A stretch of DNA of 64,000 nucleotides from Callorhinchus milii (lineage: Eukaryota), in the NCBI RefSeq assembly GCF_018977255.1, contig NW_024704742.1, positions 133,860,001 through 133,924,000 on the forward strand, written 5' to 3'. This document shows, one piece after another, positions 37,448-49,900 of this stretch. The position numbers were made by a program, and so were the translations under genes. The stretch's first letter is position 1; each line of letters starts with the position of its first letter. The notes under the pieces were generated by a model. That model did no database searches, was not told the DNA's origin, and saw nothing but the letters and a program-made list of their open reading frames with translations.

Positions 37448-38623
37448 ATTGCAGCCTGACTCTCCCCTTTGAGTCACGGAGGTCCTGGGTTCAAGCCACA
37501 CTGTAGAAATTTTAACTCACATTGCTACTCTTTGACTGAGATGTTTAAACCGAGATCCCACCTTCCTGTTCAGGTGGGCATTAAAGATCCCATGTTTGAA
37601 GTAGAGAAGGTAATTTCTTCCTCCTCATCTGACCAACAAACCTCCAGATAAAATTAGTTTTTCAAGCCGTGTGTGAAATTGCGATACACAAATTGGCTGC
37701 CGCATTCATCTAACGTCACTACACTCTACATTACATCACCTGAAGCCCTTTCACCCAATGTGAAAGGCCCTGTATCATATACAAGGATTATTATAAACTA
37801 CCGTTCACTTCAAGGCTGTTAGCGGAACTCTGCTGTGTGCTACATCAGCTGCCCCAATTGCCTCGATTGCGGCCATTACATTCAATAGCAATTACCCATT
37901 AATCACTTTGAGACGTTTTGACTGTATGGGCACTATAACGAATGCAAGGATTATGATTCCAATACCTGGGGGATTTAAAGCTCGATAATTATTCCAAGGA
38001 AACTTTTATGAAACACCACAATTTCACCCACTTAACCAATTTTTTTCCGCAGCAGATTGGAGTAAGATGCATAGGCTGGTCAATGGTTCAGTACATTGCA
38101 CTTTGGCTTTTACCAGTACAGAATGCCCACTATCTCTTAAGCAGTCGTATTCTTTGCATCTTAAGCTGTTCCTTTCGTCTCCATAATTAGGTTACAGTTT
38201 AGAGCAGCACTATATCAAAGGGTGCTTTATCTAACATTGCACTGAACACTGCCTGTCAGAGGGCTGGCTGGAAATCTCAGGGTGGGGGGGGGGATGAGAT
38301 TGAAGTTTGGCCGGAAAATATATAAAGCAGAAGGTCTTAAAGAAACATTGCAATGTGGAATTAATGACTTGCAAGCAAAAGTACAATAGAAACATCTTGT
38401 AACTATGAAGCATTCTGAACTTTCACCCCAGGGTAGGTATCTGCGGTGAAAAATAAATGCAATCTAACTTACATTTATACAGTACCCTTCACGTCAGAAG
38501 GACGTCTCAAAGTTCTTGATACTATTGGCTGGGCACCTGAGCTTGGGGTGATAGAAGGTAGAAATGGGAAGATGTGGCCATTCAACCCATCAGACCAGCC
38601 ATTAGAGGGCAGCAATGAGTCAA

Positions 38624-38638
38624 CCACCAGAGGGCAGC
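38624..38638 (+). promoter_or_regulatory. CTCF core-motif match
   Basis: CCACCAGAGGGCAGC fits the vertebrate CTCF core; weaker match at 38599-38613. Confidence 0.55.
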
Positions 38639-39061
38639 AACAACTCCACTGCCCCAACAGGAGGGTCACTCACTGAGAAGCATCAGGACGCAGAATGCTT
38701 CTGCCCCACGGACTGGGTAAAGGTGTAGTCGAGACCTGCAGCCTGAAATTCCACCTGGTCTTCTTCATAAGACGTTAAAATTTGAGGCGGTGAAGAATAT
38801 TTTGGAACCTCTTGAATTCAATCTGAATTTGGAAACCATTCCAGCGCCATCTTTTTTATAAGAAGGGGCAGGAAGTCAGATCAATATTGAATCAATACTC
38901 CAGCATCCGTCTCAAATCCTGAGCAAAATGTTATTATAATAATCCTTACATTCGATATAGTGCCTTTCAAGTTGGGAGGATGTCTCAAAGCGCTTCACAA
39001 GATATAATATAAATTGTAGTGACTGTGTATTTTGTAGGCAACCAAATTGCCCGTGAGTTAA

Positions 39062-39076
39062 CCACCAGAGGGCAGC
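39062..39076 (+). promoter_or_regulatory. CTCF core-motif match
   Basis: CCACCAGAGGGCAGC, in a 48-bp duplicate of 38616-38663. Confidence 0.55.
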
Positions 39077-40765
39077 ATCAACTCCACTGCCCCAACAGGA
39101 GAATCCCTCCCTAACATTAATATCTCAACGCAGAAAAACATCCCAACCAATTTTGTTTTATCTGGAGGATTGTTGGGAATGACACCAGGAGAAACTCCCT
39201 TCTCTTTTCGAATAGTGCCATGGGATCTTTAATGTCTTTAACGGGATCTTTAATGGTTTAACGTCTCATCCGAAGAACGGCACTTCCGACAATATTGACC
39301 TTCCCTCCATTGGAACGTCAGCATAAACCATAAACGGAGTTACAAGAGACTCGGGTCTTATATGTCTGCATATCAATAAAATATTCATTTTTATTTTGCT
39401 CGTGTGAAGCTCATCAAGTCATAACACGCAGTGGGTTATTTTCTTTTAGTTGGTTGAAGGCCAAACGTGATAGGATGTTCTGTGCTTATAATGGAAGAGC
39501 AGTGACATTCAAACTCTTGAGTTTAGACATTAGAGGCGCTATATCTAATGTAAGTATAGGGTGGGCGGCGGGGTGGGGGGAGGGAGAAAGTTAAGATCGC
39601 ACTGTGCAAGGCAGAAAGACACTACAGTGGGAATTACGGTCAAATGGGCCAAAGAACCTTCTTCATCCGAACTCTCTTGTGATCTTGCGTCTTGACAATT
39701 ACTAGAAACTTATAACAGTAGAAATTTACACCTTGGAAGGAGGCTATGTAGCTTTGGGCTGACACCTCAGTGCACAGCTGAGGGAGCTCTGCATTGTCAG
39801 AGGTGTTATCCTTAGAGACATCAAACCAAGTTCTCATCTGCCTGTTCATGAGGACGTTATAAAATTTCATGGCACTATTGAAAAAAAAGAAGGGAATTTG
39901 TTGGTCGGTTGCATTGGCATAAGGCAGAGTTCTCTCAATAAGAACATAAGAATTTGCTAAGTGAAAAAAGACCAAGGTACATCAAGTTCGCCTTCCACCA
40001 TCCTGGTAGTCACATGTTGTGTCCCAAACTATATATTGTATCCCAAGATATTAACAACTATCAACATTAACATCTCAAACAGCAAAATATCCAGATGAAT
40101 TTATGCCTGTTCTGAGGAAATTATTGCGCTTTGCAGTCCTGGGGAAAGTTTCAGGCACCAGAAATGCACTTCCCAACAAGGTTATGAATTCCATGATATT
40201 CTGAAGCCAAGACCTGTTCTGTAGCTTCATAATCTAATGGGAATATCAAGCATGTTATGTACATATAAAAGGAATGTGGGCATAAAGGTCAACTATTCGC
40301 TTCACTGAACTTGCTATATAATTTTTACTAAATCATTACAGCTCTTTATATTTTTAATCTCATTTCCCTGAATCTTTAATCATATTCCTTTGTACGCTCC
40401 ATCTCAGCCATAAAATACACAGTCAATTCTCTTTACAGTATATCCTGTGAAGTGTTTTGAGATGTCGCGGTGACATGATAAGGCGCTATGTCAAATGCAA
40501 GGATTATTATTATTATACTATTATTATTCATTTTGAACACATCATTCATTTTCTACATCTTTAGCCAGTTGGAACATTCCATTCTATATTCTCCCTTGCA
40601 TTTTATTCCAATGTTACCTTTATCTATCATTAATCCCACATTAAACCTACCTCTTCGACCAGGCATATGGTCTAATACCCCTTCTCCTTTGCTCAGCATC
40701 CGATCCTGCCACCGTACAGCTTTCCGAGACACTACCTTGCAGGAATGGTGCTATACAAATGCAAG

Positions 40766-40833
40766 ATGTTTCTGTTTACGACTATGTTTTTGGTTACAAC
40801 TATGTTTTTGTTTACGACTATGTTTTTGTTTAC
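40766..40833. repeat. 18-bp tandem repeat (ctatgtttttgtttacga)n, ~3.7 units
   Basis: Visible periodicity; directly follows an L2-type tail. Confidence 0.85.
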
Positions 40834-41736
40834 TCCAACTCTATAAACCTGAAATTCAATAATAATCCTCACATTTGATGTAGCACCTTTCATGTCGGTT
40901 GGATCTCTCAAAGAGCTTCACAGGATTTACTGTAAAGTATGGAGCTACCATCATCTAGCTCAGATGACGTTAACGACCCCATGGCACTATTGGAAGAAAG
41001 AAGGGAGTTTCTGTCAATGATCTGGTCAATAATCTACCCAAATAAATTTGATCATTCATGTTGTTGCTGTTTGTGGGACATCACTGTGCACAAATTGGCT
41101 TCCACACGTTCATCTGCAAAGTGGACAGTCATACAGTCACTACACTCTACAGTAAATCCTGGTAAATGCTTTGAGACATCTTCCGACCTGAAAGGCGCTG
41201 TATCGAAATGCAAGGATTTTAATAAAAACAGGAGCAAAATGCAAGAACGATAAGATCATACTGTGTGGTATTCTGTTGTCAAAGGCCGGAGAAAGAGTCC
41301 TGTGCAATGTGTAGCTGGGAGAGTCCATTAAATCGTAGACCGTAATAGATGTGGATTTCATTCCATTTTTATGGTTTCTGACCAGATGTTGGGGTAGATC
41401 TCTTGAGGAGAGGAGCGATATAGTTGCTGGACTCTGTACTGGTCCCCATTAACGTGGATCCTGAGTCTGGTTTGTCTAGTGTTCCCATAGTGTGGGTCTC
41501 TCCACACTCACTCACGTCTGCTTTTTAAATCATGTCAAATACGATTATAGACCCCTATTGGGTCATTTTCACTTTCTTAATTTCCTTTCAGGTTCCCTCG
41601 GTTCATGCCCTTTTGAACTTGCTATACCAGTCTGACTGGCTCCATTGATTTTATTATTCCTGTCTACCCTTTCATGTTTCTCTTTGTTTCCTAGTCTCCT
41701 TCCTTCTTCATTTGTTTCACTCCTTGCATTTTTCTT

Positions 41737-42150
41737 TCCTGGCTCAGTTGGTCACATTCTCGCCTCTGAATCAGAAGGTTGTGGGTTTAACCCCATCTTT
41801 GGGACTTTGAACTCACGCGGTCTAGGCCGACACTTCACTGCAGTGCTGGGGGGAGCGCTGACTGTTCGTGGTGCCGTCCTTTCCAATACTGCCATGGTAT
41901 CTTTAACATACACCTGAATAGGTCTTGCCTACCTGTTCAGGTGTATGTTAAAGATCCTGTGGCACTATTCGAAGAGAGAAGGGAATGTCATCTCCTGATG
42001 CCCTGACCAACAATCCCCCGGATAAAATTGATGGTTCACTTCATTGCTGTTTGTAGGACATTGCTGTGTGCAAATTGGCGACCATGTTCGCCTACAAAGT
42101 ACACAGTCACTACACTTTCAGAGTAAGCCACGTGAAGTACTTTAAGACAG
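41737..42150 (+). mobile_element. Deu-SINE, near full-length
   Basis: ggctcagttgg A-box, Deu core, 3' domain. Confidence 0.88.
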
Positions 42151-42209
42151 TCCACCTGATTGTAACTATTTTGAAACCTAGTTAAACCATGCTAAATAGG
42201 ACTGAGAAA

Positions 42210-42470
42210 GTAAATCTGTGGGGTGGGTATTTCAGATTAATAAAATAAAATGGGTCGAAGGGCCTTCTTCATCCGAACTCCTCATGTGCTTGGTGTTGAT
42301 GAAGAAGGCCCTTTGGCCCATCTGATTTTATCTTTCCACGACATGCACCCTCCTGTCCTATCACAGCATCAAGCTGCTTTTTAAATGAGTCCAGTGTCCT
42401 GGCCTCAACCACCCTTCCTGGCAATGAATTCCAGTTATTAATTATCCTCTGAGTAAAGAGAATCTTTTCT
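42210..42470. mobile_element. Two CR1 3' ends, tail-to-tail (+ 42210-42290; - 42295-42470)
   Basis: Both carry atggg(c/t)c(a/g)aagggccttcttcatc, a tail also seen at ~35067 and ~39644; the minus copy runs into an ORF2 C-terminal WNSLP remnant. Confidence 0.8.
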
Positions 42471-43055
42471 CTCGTTCTTCAGCGAAGCAGAAAGCAGGAG
42501 AAGAGTATAGAACAGGTCGTATCTAGTATTCAGAATGGGAGAGGAACAATAAAAAAATAAGCTTTGCATTTGATATAGCACGTTATCCCGTCATTGGGAC
42601 ATCTCACAGAATATAATAATAATCCTTGCATTTGATATAGCGCTTTTCATGTCTTCTAGACGTCCCAAAGCGCTTCACAGAATATACTGTAAAGTGAATT
42701 GACCTTATATTTTGTGGGTGAAATGCGGCAGCCATTTATACACCGCAGTCTCCCAAGAATGGTCCACATATACCAATAGCCTTGTATCTGTAATGTGAGG
42801 GTTTCCCTTCCCTTTCTGAATCCTGCATTAGCCCCGGCTCCTTACTTGTTCCGGGAAGGCAAGAGAGAGAAAAAAAAGGAAAACAAATCTAGCAAATGGT
42901 TTGAAATAACAAATGCAGAGCGAGTCAAAAGGCACCACAACAAGCGGCATCGTCCTTAAAATAACTAAACAAATATTAAATGAATAACACGTGAATCTGC
43001 AGGATTGCAGGACGGAAAAATAATGATTTGATCTTTATGATAATATAATATACTG

Positions 43056-43562
43056 TAATAATCCTTGTGCTTAATAGAGCACCTTTCGTGCCGGGAAGAT
43101 GTCTCAAAATGCTTCACAGATTTATTGTGTAGTGATTTATTGTGTGGTGTAAGTGTAGGCATTTTGTATTTGTAGGCGAACGCAACAACAACAACAACAA
43201 GATTCCATTTATTGAACGCCTTTCACGTCGGGAGGACGTCCCAAGGCGCTGTACAGTTGGGTCAGGACCCGAGCATTGGGTATTGGCAACACCCAACTTG
43301 CGCACAGTAATATCCCACAAACAGCTATGAAGTGAATGAGTGATTTTTTTTCACCTGAGGGATTGTTAACCAGGACAACATGGATAAACTCCCTTCTCTT
43401 TTTGAATAGTGTAATAGGATCTTTAATGTCCACCTGAACATGTACAGAAAGGACCTCTTTTAACGACTCATCCAGAGGACAGCATCACCAACGGTGCAGC
43501 AGGCCCCCCCCGCCAGCATTGTACTGGAGCGTTACCCTAGATTGTGAGCTCAAAGTCTTGAC
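43056..43562 (-). mobile_element. Deu-SINE with nested L2 tail (43183-43284)
   Basis: Deu core and tail interrupted by (caa)n plus an L2 stem-loop. Confidence 0.85.
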
Positions 43563-43684
43563 GGAGGATGGGAGGGCGATAGGATGCTCAAACCGACATC
43601 CAAAATCCACCAATAATATAATTTTTGCCAGCAGCAAGAGCTTTTAATTTGCAAGTGATTCTTTACTTCTGGAAATATTAGGCA

Positions 43685-44063
43685 ATAATAATAACAATAA
43701 TCTTTATGTTTGATATAGCGCTTTTCACGTCTTCCAGGCATCTCAAAGTGCTTCCCAGAATATACTGTGAAGTGAACTCACTGTATATTTGTGGGCGAAT
43801 TGCGGCAGCCAATTGTACATAGCAGTCTCCCATAAGAAGTCGTGGATTGAGTAACCAAATTATAAGTGTTTTTTTTTTTGGAAGGATTATTATCCCGGAA
43901 AGCGATCCGCCAATTGACTAACAACCGAGTTCCTACTTACTGCTAGATAAACAGAGGCGTGTGTGGAATAAGGAATCTTGCACACCATTTCACCCTGCCG
44001 GAAATTGAACCCAGGTCTCTCGCTTGCAAGGCGAGTCCTCTAACCACTGAGCTGCAGGGCTCC
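43685..44063 (-). mobile_element. SINE family A, long form, full-length
   Basis: Head, long block, tail. Confidence 0.92.
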
Positions 44064-44574
44064 ATAAGAATGTGGAACATTAACGTGGAAAGGGAAAGAA
44101 AATTGTTTTGTTGATTTGATTTGATTTGACTGTTTTCAGGGGAGGGAAGGAGATGCCCAGACTTAAATGTTAAAAAAACGAGGAACCAGGAAACAGGGAA
44201 GGAAATAGTTTTCATGCTGAGTGCTGAACCAATACTCCGGTTTATTGTCAGAAGTAACAAATGATAGTCCATAATTTCATTTTTAGCACTATTTAATGGC
44301 TGACCTTTTCCAGATGTGTCTGGTTAACCAAAGGGCTCGGGTTCTTTTCAGAAAATACTTCATGGTTGTTAGTCGCAGTAATTGGGGGTTTTACCATGGT
44401 AGAATAACCTCTAACCCCTTTGGGTAGCTGCGCGCAGGCTGACTGACTGGTGATGCAGTTAGGCCTATCGACCACACAAAAGGCAGAGTCTTCTTCAGTT
44501 ACTAGCAGGAGGTCAAGGTTATACAATGATCCTGTCGTGAACAGCATGAAAGGGAAGTAATTAGTCGTAGTCAT

Positions 44575-44918
44575 GGAGTCTTGTAGCATGGTTAGAGCAC
44601 TTACTTCGCATGCAAAAGGACCCGTGTACGATTCCTGGGCAGATCGAAATCTTAGGCAAGTTTCCTTACTCCACATGCCTCTGTTTAAGTAGGAACCCGG
44701 CTGTTAGTCGATTGGCAGATCCCTTTCTGGGGGTAATAATCCTTTAAATTAAATTATAATAATAATTTGGTCACTCAATCCACCACTGTATGTGGGACCC
44801 TGCTGTGCGCAATTGGCTGTCGCATTTCGCCCACGCAATATACAGACAATTCACTTTACAGTATACTCTGTAAAGCACTTTGAGATATCTCAATGGTGTG
44901 ATTAGGCTCTATATCAAA
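44575..44918 (+). mobile_element. SINE family A, long form
   Basis: Head, long block, tail. Confidence 0.9.
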
Positions 44919-45276
44919 TGTGGGTTGATTCTTATCATTATTACACAAATCCTTAACTGGTGATGCACTCTGGAGCCACAGTACATTGACTGAAATCCCC
45001 ACTTTCAGGACTCCGAAGGAAGCAGCAACTTAGAATACATAAAAATAGTAATAATAAATCTTACATTTGATTTTGGTCTTTCACATCAGGAGGACGTCTC
45101 AATGCGCTTCACAAGGTTTACTGTGAACTGAGTAACTGTGCATGTTGCGGGCTAAAGCGACAGCCAGTTTGCGCACAGCAATGTTCTACAAACAGCCACA
45201 AAGTGAATGATCAATTTTACCTCAGTGATTGTTGTTCAGGACACTGGGAGAGGGGAGTGGGGTGTGGGGGAGCTGA

Positions 45277-45600
45277 AAGTCCTGTAGCTCAGTGGTTAGA
45301 GCACTCGCTTTGCAAGTGAGAGACCTGAGTTCAATTCCAGGCAGAGGGCGAAACCTTGGGCAAGTTTCCTTACTCCACACAGAGCCTAATAATAATCCCT
45401 CCAAAACCAAAAACAATAATAAATTGGTCATTTTCAATCTACGACTGTTTGTGGAACATTGCTGTGTGTAATTGGCTGCTGCGTTCGCCCACAAATGTAC
45501 AGTCAATTCATTTTACAGTATATTCTGTGAAGCGCTTTGGGACGTCTAGAAGACGTGAAAAGCGCTATATCAAATGCAAGGATTATTATTATTATTATTA
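45277..45600 (+). mobile_element. SINE family A, short form, young full-length copy
   Basis: Near-identical body to the 19429 copy; tail loop is tagaa. Confidence 0.95.
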
Positions 45601-45679
45601 AAGGGGTGGAGGAGGAAAGATGACCAAAAGCACGGTCAAAGAAGTAAGTCCTGAGATGGGCTTTAAATGGAGGGAAGCG

Positions 45680-45682
<3 letters not shown>

Positions 45683-45719
<37 letters not shown>
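45683..45719. repeat. Poly-G tract (37 nt) within an L2 3' UTR remnant
   Basis: Direct read. Confidence 0.9.
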
Positions 45720-45720
<1 letters not shown>

Positions 45721-46081
45721 GTTTATCAGAGAACAAGATATATAATGATTCATAATTTCATTTATAGCACTATTAACATCTGCCCTTTACCATATGTTTC
45801 TGGTTAAACAAAGCACTCAGGAGCTTTTCAGTAAATACTCAATGGTTGTTAGATCCACTAATTGGGAGTTTTACTGCAGTGGAACCATTGGGGCCATTTT
45901 CATTCCAAGACACAGAGCACCGTGTGGAAGACTTGCTTATCTCATGGTCGAAATCTTTTGGCTTCAGAGAAGCCACATGAAGTTGATTGATACAAATGTA
46001 ATTTTGTTGTTATTGCGCTTTCAGATTGCAATAGTATTTGAAGCATCCATCCCATATCTTTCCAAAGTGCTCACAGAATTT

Positions 46082-46446
46082 GGAGTCCTGTAGCTCAGTG
46101 GTTAGAGCACTTGCCTCGCAAGCAAGAGACCTGGTTTTGATTCCCAGTAGGCCAAAACATTGGGCAAGTTTCCTTATGTCATACGTCTCTGTTTACCTAG
46201 CAGTAAGTAGGAACCCGGTTGTTAGTTGATTAGTGAATCGCTTTTCTGGGGTGATGATTCCTTCCAAAAAATGTTTTGGTCATTCAGTCCATGACTGTTT
46301 GTGGAGCACTGCTGTGTGCAATTGGTTGCCACGTTTTGCCCACAAAATAATCGGTCAATTCACTTTACAGTACATTCTGTGAAGCGCTTTGCGACATCTC
46401 CAAGACTTGATAAGGCGCTATATCAAATGCAAGGATTATTATTATT
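46082..46446 (+). mobile_element. SINE family A, long form, full-length
   Basis: ggagtcctgtagctcagtggttagagc through the (att)n tail. Confidence 0.93.
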
Positions 46447-46447
46447 T

Positions 46448-46888
46448 CCAGGCTCGGTTGCTAGCATTCTCACCTCTGAGTCTAAAGATTGTGGCTTCAA
46501 GCCTCTACATCAAGGACTTTGAAATCTAATAGTCTTGGCTGATATTCCAGTGCTGTCCTGGGGGGTGTTGCATTGTCAGAGGCAGAGTCCTTTGTTTAAT
46601 GACAGGTCCTGTCTGCTTGTTCAGGTGGATGTTAAAGATCCCGTGGTGCGATTCAAAAAGAGAAAGGAGTTTCTCCCAGTGTCCTGGTCAACCATCCCCC
46701 AGATGAAATTGGTCATTTATTTCATGGCTGTTTGGGGGATATTGCTAAGGAATTGGCTACCACATTCGCCTACAAATACACAATCACTGCACTTTACAAT
46801 AAATCCCATGAAGGGCCTTGAGAAGTCCTCCCAACACAAAAGGCTCTTTGAGGCTCTGTATTCAATGCAAGGATTTTTATTATTATTT
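46448..46888 (+). mobile_element. Deu-SINE, near full-length
   Basis: Head, Deu core, tail. Confidence 0.88.
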
Positions 46889-47457
46889 TGGATTTAAGAG
46901 CATTTGTAAAAGGAACATTTGCTCAGGCGCTCATTCACTGCCATACATTCTTGTGGTAAAAATAAGCACTGGTTTGAAGGAACAAATTGAATGAAGAATT
47001 TGCTTTATGGATTTTATTTAGAAGGTAATTACTGTCAGACACGCAATGCAGATTGGCTTATGCACAAATGAAGAAACATTCAAGCAAACGGAAAATAGCT
47101 ATTAATCTTTAGTAACCTTTTGGTAAATGATAAAGTAACAAACAAAGTTACTTTCACCAGGAGGTCTTCAGATATAGCATGTTGTGAAGTGTTACCAGTA
47201 ACTTGATTTTCTAACCCTGAGTTTTGATAAAGTATTTAGTAAGGATGTCTCAAAGTGTTTCACACTTGAGAACCTAAGCTGTAGTAGAATGTATGGGGAG
47301 AGAGGAAAGATGACTGAAAACTTAGTGAAAAAGGTACATTTAAAATGGAGTCCAATTAGATATACCACTAACCACTATTTTTCTATCCAAAGTGCATTGG
47401 CTCACACCTTAGCAACACCATAGTTCTGCCCACTCATTTCTTAAAAATATAAAACGA

Positions 47458-47975
47458 TAATAATAATAATAACTCTTGCATTTGATATAGCGCTTTTCAC
47501 GTCTTCTGGACGTCTCAAAGCGCTTCACAGAATATGCTGTAAAGTGAATTGACTGTATATTTGTGGGCGAAACACGGCAGCCAATTGCGCACAGCGGTGT
47601 CCCACAAACGGTCATGGATTGAAAATGACCAATTTATTATAAATAACAATAAATAATAAATAATTAATAATAAATAATAATAAATTGAATGAGTGTTACA
47701 TGTCAGAAGGATGTCTTAAAGCTTTTACAGGATGGGTTCGATTCCCGGTAGGGCGAAACCTTGAGCAAGTTTCCTTACTCCACACGCCCAATAATAATCC
47801 CTCAAGAAAAAAAATACTAATTGGTCACTCAGTCCACGACTGTTTGTGGGATACTGCTGTGTGCAATTAGCTGCCGCGTTTCACCCACAAATATACAGTC
47901 AATTCACTTTACGGTATATCCTGTGAAGCGCTTTGAGACATCTAGAAGACGCTATATCAAATCAAGGATTATTAT
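47458..47975. mobile_element. Inverted pair of family A SINE fragments (- 47458-47640; + 47733-47975)
   Basis: 3' halves in opposite orientation. Confidence 0.85.
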
Positions 47976-49619
47976 AATAATCATTGCTCATAGCTCATCC
48001 TTCACATACTAAAGGATATCCTCATTGCTCTCCACTTTGCTATTCCAAGGCCTTTGGACATAAAGGCCTTTATGTCACGATGACCAGAACTGTACATAGC
48101 GCTCCAGGTGCAGCCTGACCAGAGAAGTGTACAGCTTTGAACGGTTAGATCCCAACTGTTTTGGCAACATAGTCCAGCATCTGTCTGCCTTTCCTCTTCT
48201 CAGTTGAAAATAAGTCAGCTTTATTTCATAAAAACACTTGCGTCTGTTGGAGTGCGTTTCTTGTTCTCAAAGATTATATGGTAAAGACTATTGACTGCCT
48301 AATATAAGGACTATGTATTTGGTAGAAAAATATGGTGATGCCACAGCAATGTCCCACAAACAGCTTATCATGTAAGTGACCAATTTTACAATTAACATTT
48401 CTATAGTGTCTTTCATGTTGAAAGGACATCTCAAACCACTTTCATTTTATCTGGCGGACTGTTGGCTCTTTTACTGGGAGCAACTCTTCTCTTGTCGAAT
48501 AGCGCAATGAGATATTTGATATCCATAGGAACAGGTAAACAGGACCTCAGTTAAACATAATAATGATAATCTTTGCATTTGATATAGCGCCTTATCACGT
48601 CTTCGAGTGTTAAAGCGCTTCACAAAAGAAACTGGAAAGTGAATTGAATATTTTGTGGGCGAAACGTGGCAGCCAATAGCGCACAGCAGTGTTTCACAAA
48701 CAGTCGCTGATTGAGTGACCAAATTTTTTTTAATCCAAAGGATAACATCTTATCCAAAGGACGGCACCTCCGATAATGCAGTGCACCCCAAGCATTGCAC
48801 TGGATTATCAGACTAGAATACATGAGTTCAAATTTACAATGTGGGGCTTGAACCTACAAATTTCAAAACTCAGAGGTAAGATTGCTACCAAATAAACCTG
48901 GCGGACACCCATATATTGTATGTAGACACTAGGTTTAATAATGCTTTTTCACTGAGTTTTAATAAAAATGAGTATGCTTGAGAGAGCTTTAAGCTCTCTC
49001 TTCTTATTGCTGTACAACAGCCTCAAACACAAGGCACTTGTCAGCCAGCTTCTATAGAGACCTGTCACCTAAAGCCAATTTGCTGTTAGAGATGGGTTAA
49101 TGGCTTTAGTTATTGTGCAGCTACATGATATTAACATCAATTGGGGGTAATTGCACACAATAGTGTTTGCTCAAAAGGAATGACTGAATAAAGAGAACCT
49201 CTTTTCACTCACTGTGGGTGTATTTTCATTAAGAACCATTTACTGTACTGAGATAACACAGCGTCTCTGTGCTCAGAAAATTGGCAATTTGAATCGAATC
49301 AATTTTGACCTCATACCACAATCCCAGCATGATTCTCTTTGAAATACGTGCATTCAACTTCAATTCTAGGTAATGAAGTGACTTTAGAATGTTTTACAGC
49401 TGACGCTGAATTTTGTAAGTTCAACCATGCTTTGAAGATTCCTTACAACTTTGAACAGGTTCAAAGCATCGTTCAGGGTGGTGTATCTCAGTCTCTTCAG
49501 TCTCGAGAGAAGATGTCTCAAAGGGGACCTTCTAGGTGTGTAAAAATTTTCAGTGGGATTGAAAAAGTATATCCAGAAGAGTACGTTGGGCTGCAACAAA
49601 GCAATTGAACAAGCGATCA

Positions 49620-49900
49620 CAGGAAAGAACAGGAGTAGGCCATTTGGCCCCTCAAGCCTGTTTCTATTAAACCATGGCTGATCTATATCTCAACTCCATT
49701 TACCTGCCCTTGCCCTGTATCCTTTGAAACCGTGACCTAACAAAAATCTATCCACTTCAGTCTTGAAAATTTGAATGGAACCAGCATCCACAGCTCTTTG
49801 GGGGAAGAGTTCCAGATTTTCACTACCATTTGTATGAAAAAATTATTCCTGATTTCACTCCTAAATGGCCGAGCTCTAATTTTAAGATTACGCTTCCTTG
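49620..49900 (-). mobile_element. CR1 (HER1-like) 3' end
   Basis: gaacaggagtaggccatt...cccctcaagcctg; matches the 3' part of the 2.8-4.5 kb element. Confidence 0.85.

Noticed and set aside
45277..45352. tRNA-Ala-like sequences with A/B boxes and an anticodon arm
   Set aside because: There is no acceptor-stem pairing and they run directly into the SINE body; these are SINE heads, not tRNA genes.
49339..49620. Overlapping 89-aa and 78-aa ORFs in non-repeat-looking DNA
   Set aside because: No recognisable domain and no convincing pair of splice sites.
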